Shown: one piece after another, positions 11,830 to 22,599 of the stretch
How positions within the stretch are numbered: position 1 is the stretch's first letter
How the letters are laid out: each line of letters begins with the position of its first letter
Assembly: GCA_965202585.1 (NCBI GenBank)
Contig: OZ241830.1
Coordinates: 67,704,001 to 67,768,000 of the forward strand
Origin: Thalia democratica
Taxonomy: Eukaryota
DNA: 64,000 nt
Direction: 5' to 3'
The notes under the pieces: model-generated
Seen by the model: only the letters and a program-made list of their open reading frames with translations
What the model was told of the DNA's origin: nothing
The model's database searches: none
Program-made: the position numbers and the translations under genes

Positions 11830-13285
11830 TACAACTAAACTATTTTTCAATTAAAAAATTAGACTCATACTTCAAACTCGTTTTCAAGTGTCAAAAGCAA
11901 AACTAAAAGAGTTTCAAATACACCAGCGTTCTAAAACATACCAGTAAAACAGTATCAAAACAAACCTTGTAAAAGTCGATCCACTGCCTCTGCTTGAAGA
12001 CATGCCAGTCGGCTTTCAGGTACAATTCCTCGTCAATCCTCTGCTTGCCCGCCCTCTTGCAAGTCACTTTGATCTCGCCTGCGAACGGGTTGGTTGTTTT
12101 CCTACTTCGCTTCACTATTGACAGCTGAAAATTCATGCTTTCACGTTGAACCAGTTTATTTGTATTTATTTTAAAATTTATCAAGTACCCAGACAGTATG
12201 AGAAAATTAAAGTTTGATAATTCGGTAAAGACCTTGTAAATAATATATTTTTTGTTCACACAATGTAAAGTAAGAAATGAAGAATCAGCATGATATGTAG
12301 AAAAATAAAATAAGTAATTTTTTTAAAAACAAATTTAACAGATAAAAAATAAAACTTGCATTCATTAAGGTCGCCAAAGGTTTTTGACAAAATTTTCCAG
12401 GTTTTTTAAACTTATTCCAGGTTTTTTAAATAACAATATTTTGGTTTCTTTTGGTTTAAAAGTAAATTTAAGGTAAAAAACTGATTTAGAATGTATAACA
12501 ACATTGAAAAGACACTGTAATTCTACTTTAAATATGTTAAAAAAAATTTATTATTATTTTCTTTTTTTATATGATAGATTATTGATATATAATCGAAATT
12601 CTATTTCTTTACATGTAAAGTTTCTTTAAAATTCCAGGTTTTTTAGTGATTTTTGTTCGAAATTTCACATTTTCCAGGCTTTTCCCAGTTTTCTCAAATT
12701 TCACGTTTTTTTACAAAATTGTCAAAAGCCAGGTTTTTTGATAACTCCAATACGAAAATAACCAAACAAAGTACTTTTATATTTATTGGAAAACAAGAAA
12801 ACTGTCTGTACTAAGCAGAAAAAGTACTAACTGAAATTAACCTCAGTTTTGAAAGTACTTTTCAGTCTGTTGGCAAGCATAATCAATACAACATCCGCTG
12901 CAGCTGCTAGCTTCTTTCTGTGATTAATCATGTTTATTAGCATTAAGGTTATAAATTAGTTAAAAATTAATAAACATTTTTTTACTTCCAGTGACTTTTT
13001 TTAAAAATAGTCTATCAGTTGGAATATTAGTGATCTATCGTATCCTAATTTTGTGAATCGGTTTAAGCACTTATGATTGAGCAAAATATTTCTTTAATTT
13101 AAAATTTGCTTTAAAGCAGTGTTTCTAACCATATATGTGTTAAAACTCCATGTTTTCATAATTTGTTATAAAACTTCGGTGCAATTTTTATTATTAAGAA
13201 AAATAATCTACAAAAAATACACATTTTTGAAAACATTTTAACTTAATAATTTAACCACAATAAAATAATCTTCTGTAAAAAGTAT

Positions 13286-13671
13286 TAATAATACAATTAC
13301 AAAACAACTAATGTTCGGTTTTTTTTCTATAGTTTCTACACATTTAGCGTTTCATCAGAACAATAACAGAGTTAACATAAACCTTTTTTTAAAAATCAAA
13401 AAAGTTCACATTATGACGTTTCAAATAAATTTAAATAATTTCATTTGGTTAATGTTATAAACAACTTCTGTACAAACTTATTTGTTCTTTTAAAATACAT
13501 ATTTTGGTTGTGAAGACAGTTATTTTTAACATTAGCCAACTAAAACTATTCCAATTTATTTGAAACGTCATAATGTGTATTTTTGTGATCCTAAAAAAAT
13601 TGCTAACTTTGTTATTGTTCTGATGAAACTACAGTAAACAAGCCGAACATTAGTTTTTTTTTGTATTATTA
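13286..13671. repeat. Foldback (long inverted repeat, ~170-bp arms)
   Basis: 13286-13456 is the reverse complement of ~13525-13671 (ACTAATGTTCGG, GTTTCATCAGAACAATAAC, CACATTATGACGTTTCAAATAAATT). The left arm is deleted in unit 2. Confidence 0.85.
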
Positions 13672-14539
13672 ATATTAATCTCTGCTTTCGTATCAAAAGA
13701 CTTGGCTTTTATCGAATAAAAAAACATCTCCAAATACTGTTTTAAGTACATAAGTAATCTTCTTAAAATTATCTTTTCCTCATCTAGATTTTATTATACA
13801 AACTTACTAATAATTTTTAACTTTGCTAAAGCTAAACAGAACTAAACTTCAAATTAGGGTTTCATAATAAAAAAAAATACTATTGAACTTTAAATAGCTA
13901 ACGATTAATTGATGAACTCTGAAATTCTATTTAAGCTGATAAAAGTGTTCTGGTAACTCGAAACGGCACAGCTTGTCTTCTTAAACATAAAAACAAACGC
14001 GCTCACTTAACATTCAACAAATAACAAACTTTTTATTGGGATGCTGGCCCCACTTTTTGAAAACTTGGAACCTGCAATTCAGCAGCCTCATCTGGTCTTT
14101 CGGTGAAATTTCATTTTCATTCTCCCCTTTCTCGGCTCCATCTAGTGTCTAAAGTATTATCAAAAAATTAGACACTTTACAAAATCTTAAAAACTTTCAA
14201 ACAAAAGCAGACTGATTAAACAACCAAAACACCTCGATGGCGACGCGGTATTCCCCGGTGTCGAGCAAGATGGCGGCCAGCTCCAGCCTGATGTCGACCG
14301 AGTCCTCCGCCGATATCTGCAGGCACTTGAAAAAATTCTCCTTGGCGCTCTTGTAGTCGTTGAGCTTCAGCAGCGACATGCCCTTCAGCTTGAACAGCTC
14401 CTTACTGGTGGAAAAGTGCGCGAAGTGATGGACTTCCAATTCCTCGATCAACCGCAACGATTCGGCGTACTGGCCCGCTTCGAAGCACGCCACGCAAACA
14501 CTTATCTGCACGTCCGCTGTTTGTCAGGAACTTGTTAAG

Positions 14540-14969
14540 CAGGGTTGCCAAATGATTTTGGCAAGTTTTTTCCAGGTTTTCGAAATTTCTTCCAGATTTC
14601 TAAGATTAGACGTTTTACGGTCTATTTTCAGTTTTAAATTAAGTTCAACGTAAAAAACTGTGCCTAATAGTATAACAACATTGAAAAGATTTCTAAAAGC
14701 TTCTTTAAATTTGTTTTTTTATTAAAAAAAATTTGAAGATGACAAAAATGTTTATTTATAAGATAGATTATTTATTTGCAATTAAAACTTTACTACTTGA
14801 CATTAAAAAGTTGTTTAAAATACCATACTTTTCAGGTATTTTTAGTGATTTTTACTCAAAACACCAGGTTTTTTTCAAAATTACTCTAATTCAAGGATTT
14901 TTCATTTTTTTTACCTTGAATTTTCAAATTACAAATTTTTCCTGGATTCGAGGTTTTTTGGTAACCTTA
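14540..14969. mobile_element. hAT(Tip100)-like MITE
   Basis: CAGGGTTGCCAAA ... TTTGGTAACCTTA imperfect TIR with repeated TTCCAGGTTTT subterminal motifs. Unit-2 copy at 46666-47099; diverged relatives at ~12366-12750 and ~44697-45085. No 8-bp TSD found. Confidence 0.55.
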
Positions 14970-15527
14970 AAAAAGACATAACTTAACCCTCATATCTTTT
15001 AGTATATTAGTTTACAATAAAATTAAAAAATCTTAACTTTGCAGGTATTTTTTTACCTTTATATATATAATTATGTTTACAATATTAACAACTAGTTTTT
15101 TTTTTTGCTTAATTTTAAATAGCACTATTTTTAATTTCAAATAGGCCACATAAAAAATTCAAAGTAAATTTTGAGATAAAAGCCAGCGAAGTTGGTGAGC
15201 TCAGTAAGTTCCTTAAAGAAAGAGCAAACCAATAACGCAAAATAAAAAGACTATTTCACTAAAAATCTATCTTCTCCTTAAAATACATTCTACTTTTTTA
15301 CAGAAAGTCCATTATCAATATTTAAATATTTTTTAAATACAAAAATATTTTCATAAAAAAAAAATATTTTTAATATTTTAAAAATTTCAACATTCAAAGT
15401 CTTAAAACTATAATAGGAACTATTCCTAAAAAATTTTGAGTCTTAAATTTTACAAATGAAATAAAAAAAGATAGATATTTTGTGATTTTAAAAATTCTGA
15501 GAAAATTGACAATGAAAAATTTGTAAC

Positions 15528-15630
15528 TTTTTACAAAAAATAAAACATCTCAAAATTCTATAATTTTTACAAAAATAAAACATCTCAAAATTCTATAATT
15601 TTTTACAAAAAATAAAACATCTCAAAATTA
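15528..15630. repeat. ~37-bp tandem repeat x3 (single copy in unit 2)
   Basis: TTTTTACAAAAAATAAAACATCTCAAAATTCTATAA repeated three times. Confidence 0.85.
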
Positions 15631-15834
15631 AAATAAATTTTTATAATATCAAACAGTGGACTCATAACATGAAAAAGTAAAAATTAAGTTTTTGGAATTT
15701 TTCTTTGAAAATTTGTAGGTAGAAAGTCAAGGTTCTAAACTAAACTGTAAAAAGAACTATATATATATAACAACATTATTAATATTTTTTAACATCTCTA
15801 TCTACTTTAAGGTTTTTTTTCGCTAATAAGTTAA

Positions 15835-16514
15835 GGGCATAGGGGTGTCCGACATTTTTTTTTACAAAAATAACATTGGACCTTATATGAAAGCTTAAAG
15901 TACAAACAACAAGCCAGTTTTTATAGAATTAAAAAAATTTATTTAACTTTTGAGATATTCTAATTTTCATAAAAAGTTTCCAATACAAATGAAAAATTGA
16001 AAGTTTTTCTAAGTCAATATTCTTGGAAATTTAAAACATCACTAAAAACGTATCTTCTCCTTCATTTTTTGCGATAGAGACCATAAATTTTCAGGAAACG
16101 TTCCTTTTGTAGTTTAAAAAAATTGAAAGTTGGAGTTTTTAAAATATTAAAAAAATAACTTTAGATAAGAATAAAACAAAAAAAAATAGGTGGTTTTATT
16201 TATAATAAAAAATTTATTTTTCAAAATTAAAAATATTTCAATCTTTTTAAAATTTAATAATACACTTTTTTAGAAAATTTGAAGAACATTGCTTTAAAAA
16301 TGAAGGAGGAGATAGATTTTAAGTGAAATGGTCTTTTTTTGTGTTTTTAGTTTGCGCCTTTCATTAGAAACCTATTGATGTCACTGACTTTGACTGCTCA
16401 TATTTTTAAAAATACTTTGAATTTTTTCAAACTGTTAAAAATGTCTGATAGCTCGGATAAAACTCTATAAAATAAGATCAACTTGTAAAAATCAAGGAGG
16501 ACCCCCCTATGCCC
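15835..16514. mobile_element. TTAA-flanked MITE, Kolobok-like termini
   Basis: TTAA|GGGCATAGGGG ... CCCCTATGCCC|TTAA: TTAA TSD with RR...YY ends; 680 bp; non-coding. Confidence 0.75.
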
Positions 16515-19099
16515 TTAAGCTTATTGTGTAAGTTAAGAATACTTTATATTCTAGTAATAATTCATAAAACTTCGAAAAGTTGAAAAACAATAGTATCAAG
16601 TAGGGATGGGAAATGTATGACCTGTAGACCAAATCTGCCAGCAAACAGAAATCTGTGGCTGTGAAGTATTTTTAGCTTTGCAGAAAACAAATAAAATTAA
16701 GCTCTTACTAACAATAACTATACAATTTTCTTTTAATTTATTTTTAGTACACAGTTGTTTTTAATGAACCAGTAATTTAAACAATTAGTTTCAAACATTT
16801 TTTTTTCTTTGTGGTTGTAAAAATATTCAAAACTACATAGCCCACTAAAACTGCTTTTTAAACAGTCTAGCCAAAGAGAGAATTTTTAAAGAAAATTTGT
16901 TCTAATAACTAAAAAAGTTTTCCACCCTTATTACAACAGTACAAAACTTTCTTAGACAAAAATGTAGTATTTGTGCAAACCAACTATGATACATAAAAAC
17001 AATGATAATATTTATTTGACAAAACAAAACCAACTTGTTTTCATAGGAAGTAGAACACATCTAGTTGTATTCTTGCTGCTCAGCATAAGTGTATGTGGAG
17101 CTGACAGGCTTCAATTCCAGGCTGACTTCTGTTGAGTGTGGCTCCTCTGCTTGTGAAACATCCATTTGTTCTTCACCTTCTTATTGATATTAAATTTATT
17201 AGATGAGTTTACTAACTATTCTTAAATTGCATTAGTAAAACATTTACTATATACATTAGTATTTGTGTATATTGTTTTATTAAAACAACAATGATCAAAT
17301 ATAAAAAGATGTTTTTTCTAAATATTTAAACTGTAGTAGAGAATTTCTGTACAGTATTTTTCTCTGAATACTGACCACCAAAACTGTCAAATTTTGTTAT
17401 TAAAACCAAGTGCATGCAGGTTTTGAAACAATAGTTCTAAGTGTACCTCTAATATATAAATACTTTAAATTATCAAAAATGTGTATTTGCTTTATTAAGA
17501 AGAATCTAAAAAATAATTGCAAACAAAAGGTATGCCGGCCAAAAAATTAGTTACCCCAAAATCACATATTTTTCATCTTAAACAGTAATAAAATCACTTA
17601 TACATGTCCTAGACTTATACTTATTGATTTGGTCTTAAGACGTATTAACTTCTTTTCATGTAATATGACATCATAATCACCCTAAATACACAAACTTTGT
17701 CTGTAAAATAATGATTTTTGGAATATTGAAAAGCATAGCTGGTCAGTGATTTTAATAAGAAAAAATAATGTAAAACAAAAATTTCAGGTTATTTACTTAC
17801 CTTTAAAAGTTTAGGTGATGTGGTGTGCATGTCAACGGGATATTTGATGTTGTAGTTCATTTAGCTTTAAGTGTTTAAAAAACCCTTGAATATTTATTTA
17901 TTTAATTAGCACACAACAAATTAATGAGATATTAAAAAGTTATGATTTATTATAGGCAAGATAATGTTGTATAGCATTGAACATTAAATTAATGATTGCA
18001 AAGTAAAGACTTTACAAATAAATAACATTGCAAAATAAAACAAAAGTTGTATCATTTAGCATTAACACTTAACATTGTTGCAAATGACTGATACTTTTAG
18101 AAGTTTTTGCATAAAAATCTGTGTACACACAAGTTACAGTTGTGTGAGTGAGAATCTTTATAAAAAGAATTAAATTGTTTAGTTTACTTGAACTTTGTTT
18201 CAAAAATACTCTACAGAGTTTTGTTTGTCTTGTAACATATGGACTTTGTGGCAATATAAAAGTAGTTATTTTTCAAACTCATTCATGAATATTTTGATAA
18301 GTGTGTCTTTATTTAGCATTCACTCACTATGCACAAAATGGTTTTTTTATTTTCTACCTGCTTCAAAAAGTTGTTATACCAATGACTACAAAAACTGTAT
18401 AGTTTTGGCAAATATGGCAAAACGATTCAAATTAAATAATAACTAAAATGATTTTGCAAAAATTAAATTTATTGCTATTACCTGATGAGATAAAGGTAAA
18501 AAAATAAATCTTGTACAAATTGTTAGGTAATAAACATATTTAAAACAAAAAGAAAACAATTTTGTAAAATTAAGAGTTAAAAGCTTAATTTATATTTACT
18601 TTTAAAGTTGTCAATGTAGTTTATACGAGCTTAATGAATTACTGTAGGTTAAATATTAAACAATATGTTAAACCAGTAATCTCCAATGTAGTAAAAAAGG
18701 TAGAAACTACAAAAAACTTTAAAAAGAATGAATAATAAGAATGAAATTAAAACAGTTTATTTTTTACAAAACAAAAAGTTTAAGGTTTAACATTATGTAA
18801 AGTAAAAAGCATTTTATGTTCGAAAAAGCTAAAAACGACCCTGCCATGCTAAGATAGTGTTTCAATTTGTAGTTTTTATGAATTCTCTAAAGTCTTACAT
18901 TTTAATGTGACATCACAATAAAATAGTACTTTGCAAAATATTTTTTTCAATGAATATTCTTTTGAGAAAAGCACTTGTAGTAAAAACACCTTAGGTGCTG
19001 TAGGTGTAAAGTAACTCTAAAACTTTTTTTTTTCTTTTTTATACTGTTTATGTGAGCCTTGCACAATACTTAAGCAAACTCTATTTGATTGTCAATATT

Positions 19100-20350
19100 T
19101 TTGAATATAAAACTTGATGATTGTTGCTCATTTTATCTTCTAAAACTCTTATATTTCTACATTGTGTGAGTAAGTGTAAGAAAGCATTTGACCTAGTTTG
19201 GCAGTCAACAGTCTTGAAAGTTTATGTTGATAATTTATATTATTTTTCTCATGCAATACCTTTGAAAAAGTTCTTTATCTAATCTTCTAGTTCATCACAG
19301 AATCATATATCTTTAATAATAAAAAGTGTGATAAGTTTTTATACTTAAAAGTATGGCAGGTTCAGACAAGATCAATTGGCTTGAATGCACTTACTTGATG
19401 CAAAAAAAAATCATCAAGAGGCTTTAAAAACTTGCATATCAGTCTCTGAAATCTTTGAAACATCATTATAAAGTGAAATAAGTAGTGAAAAATTCAAAAG
19501 AATTCTTATATTTCTATGTTGTGTGAGTAATTTTAAGAAGGCATTTGACCTAGTTTGGCAACCAACAGTCTTTAAAATTTAAATTGATAATCTTTATTAT
19601 TTTTCTCATGCAAAACCTTTGAAAAAATCTTTATTTTATCTTCTAATTCATCACAGAATGCATATATCTTTATTCATAAAAATTATGACAAGTTTTTATA
19701 CTACAAGCATGACATGTTCAGACAAGATCAATTAGTTTGAATGCACTTAAATGATGCGAAAAAAAAAATCATCAAGAGGCTTTAAAAACTTGCATCTCAG
19801 TCTTTGAAATCTTTGAAACATCATTGTAAAGTGAACTGAGCAGAGAAATTTATGAAAAATCTTTTGAACCTCTGTAAAATTTTTAAACTCCTAGCTTTTT
19901 TCAAAGGTCTTTATAAGTTGTAACTTTGGCTTTCTCCTACATCTTAAGATTAGACAATGGATCACCCTTTTTTGGAATCTGATTAAAGATGAGTACCTAC
20001 TACAGCAGCTGTTGAGGTTAGTTTGTTTAATAGTTAATTAGATTGTTTTTATTTGTGCAAAACTTAGTATTTTTTGCTAGGGTTACCAGTAAACTAGTTG
20101 AATATTCAGTAAGGTTTTTTGGATATTTACAATAAATCTTGATATTCTGTCTTAAAGTTTTAGATTTTCTATTTATTAATTGTTGAGTCCTTCTGTTACT
20201 ATTAAATTTTTTGAGTTCTCATGCTTGAATAACATTAAGCTTTAGATGTTAATTAAGTTTTGCACAAATTCATATAAGCTATTCATAGAGTTGTAACCTT
20301 GGTTTATAAACATATATTTGTTTTGTTGGGCTTCATTCTCCTAACATTAC
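19100..20350 (+). mobile_element. Decayed non-LTR retrotransposon (LINE) RT remnant with an internal ~357-bp tandem duplication
   Basis: AATTTTAAGAAGGCATTTGACCTAGTTTGG reads NFKKAFDLVW, the RT DFxKAFDxV motif; many stops. Units at 19144-19500 and 19501-19855; unit 2 has a single unit at ~53005-53370. Confidence 0.65.
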
Positions 20351-21898
20351 TAGGCTATCTTAAATTAAGAGAAAACTTAAATAAGAATAAATAAAATCAC
20401 TTAAAAGTAGCAACATTTGTGCTAAGCTTGATATGCTTGTATAAAGAAGTTTTTATTCATGAATGAAGCCCAAAGAGACAGCAAGCTAATCTAAGTGTAG
20501 AAGTTTATTTACAACATTATATTTATAAGTTAATGATTTGTAATAAGAGTTACTTAAAGTGTGCATAAAATATAAGTAGGAAGAGTAATTATAAAACAAA
20601 AATGTCATTAGTTTCAAAACTGTTTTAATTGTTATAAAGCTTTATTTATTTATTCACTTTTTTTACAAAAGAAAACAGTTAAACCATATCAGGAATAGGT
20701 TTGCTAGTAAACAAAATGTTCCAAAATTTTAAGTTTACACTCATATATTTACAAAGCAATTCACAGCAAGCAAAATTTAAAAGTTGTTAGTGCATATTTG
20801 TATGAGGTTTATTCTCACCTTTGTTTAATTTTTCTCTTCTTCTATCACTAACTTCTATCTGTTCTTTTATCTATCAATAATTTCTTTTGTTCATATGTTT
20901 GCACTAATAAGCATTTATCAACAACTTGCTGTATTGTTTTTTATGTATATGACAAATGTAAAGACTCAATTTTGGTAATAGTATAAATATACAGCCATAA
21001 AGATTTCAAATGATGCAAGTATTTGACAAACTTTGAAATGAACTACAGGCTAATAAACACATGTTATTGACACAAAGTAGTATGGTTTAACTGTTTTAGT
21101 TTGTAACAATGTATTTAAATGATAAGTTCAAAACATCAAACACCTTTAATTTGTATGCACACTTTAAGAAACACACAAAAAGTTGTCTGAGATCAGTGAT
21201 TAAACAAAGCAATTAAGTAAGCATTCAAAGTCTATTAGTGATTATATAAAGTAAATTAAAGTATATAAGTTAATAAGTAGTGATGGTAGTAACAGCGCAA
21301 ACCTTTGTATTAATTAGATTGCTAAAAAATTATTTTACAATAAGACCAATTTAACTATCATGGATAAACTTTAGCTTAATAAGTTACATGACAAGTAAAG
21401 TTATATCCTTTAGTAGGAACAGTATAAAACTGAAGTTAACAAGAATATAAACAATTTTTTACAATTTTAAAGTTTTATTTGACAAAAATATAGTTACTAC
21501 TTGAATCAAAGTAATTTTAACTGTTTATATGAATCTCAAGTTGTTTTTTATTTTTGATTAATTTAAGTTTTATGCTGTTTATAAAAAGTTATCTAAGTAA
21601 AATCAGTTTACATAAGCAAGTTAACTGACTATTGTTTAAATATATACATAGAAAACAGTTCAATCATATAAATAGATTTGTCAATGTACACATTTAAAAG
21701 GTCTGTAGTTTCTTTCTTTTTATATTTGCTTTATTTTCTGTCATTAAAAAGTACACCTATCTATGAGGTTGATGAACTGTTTTCCATGTATATGTAAAAC
21801 ATTAGGTACTTAACCAGGATGATGTAGTATCTGTATTCATTTGTTTTTGGGTTTTAACCTTAACTTAAACATGTAGTTTTAACAAAATAAAGGCATCT

Positions 21899-22070
21899 AT
21901 AAGGTACGCATTCAAAGTATTACGCACTAGTTTTTTAATAACACTTTCTCTGTTATAAGCAAAGATTTTCTTTAAGTATTACGCACCTGCATAAGGTACG
22001 CACTAAATTTTTAGTAAAACATTATTTGCATTAGTTAAACAGGTTATCTAAAATAAGGTACGCACTAAAT
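21899..22070. repeat. Cluster of TAAGGTACGCAC / AAGTATTACGCAC motifs, probable MITE subterminal repeats
   Basis: Five copies in the same orientation; one extra copy in unit 2 (55456-55640). Confidence 0.5.
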
Positions 22071-22473
22071 TTTTCGGGCCCCCACCCATTTTTTAAAAAA
22101 TGGGGATTCCCCCAAACCGAAAATGTAATGGGAATTTTTGATGAAGATTATTTAAAATAATTTTTTTAAGGCATTTCGCCGGCGAAAAATTTTTCACATT
22201 TTTCCTTTTCTCTTTTTCTGCACGGCCTTTTTTCTTGAAGGCCACCTTTTTCTGTCAAATGGACCGTGAGTAGCGTAACTGCCAAACAAATATACGTTAT
22301 TGCGTTGTATTTGTACGGTCTTTATCTGTTATCTTTTACTAACCTTGAGCTTATGTGATCTAACTTATTGATGTGAAACCATTAAAGGCCTGACGGTAAT
22401 ATCAGTTATAATTTTTTAGTTATTGACTGAGTGGTTTTATGTTTATGAGTTTGAAAAGTAAGTTTAAGGTAGC

Positions 22474-22579
22474 GGACAAGAATTAAAAAAAAAACAAAGG
22501 GCTACGGCCGGTCGATGACACGGTGCTTCGCACCTGTCATCTCTCCGGCCTGCCCTTAGTTTTTTTTTAATTCTTGTCC
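22474..22579. repeat. 106-nt near-perfect palindrome/hairpin
   Basis: GGACAAGAATTA10-cAAAGGGC-tac-GGCCGG-tc-GATGACA-c-GGTGC-TTC-GCACC-TGTCATC-tct-CCGGCC-t-GCCCTT-ag-T10AATTCTTGTCC. Confidence 0.9.
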
Positions 22580-22599
22580 TTTAGGCCCGGTCACTCTGC

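Larger units (their letters stand above)
8180..17860 (-). pseudogene. GTF3C3: GTF3C3 paralog, disabled copy
   Basis: Exons 17860-17801, 17179-17035, 14516-14233, 14148-14030, 12917-12842, 12124-11966, 10566-10385, 10080-9939, 9528-9421, 9006-8878, 8431-8180. In-frame TAG at 17063-17061 (CAG in unit 2). Three exons (392 nt, frame-breaking) are missing because unit-2 47253-49209 is replaced by a 17-nt filler at 15127-15143. The first exon differs by 1 nt and lacks the unit-2 in-frame ATG. Confidence 0.85.

Noticed and set aside
15831-16518. piggyBac assignment for the TTAA-flanked MITE
   Set aside because: piggyBac ends begin CC(C/T); these begin GGG, which fits Kolobok better.
17801-17860. 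MNY(N/V)IKY... ATG frame as the GTF3C3 start
   Set aside because: It ends in phase 0 (unit 1) or phase 2 (unit 2), while all acceptors of the next exon need phase 1. It works only in unit 2 with a speculative 8-nt micro-exon near 51380.
22498-22512. 5S rRNA start (CTACGGCC) inside the hairpin
   Set aside because: Only 8 nt match; no downstream 5S sequence or box A/C.
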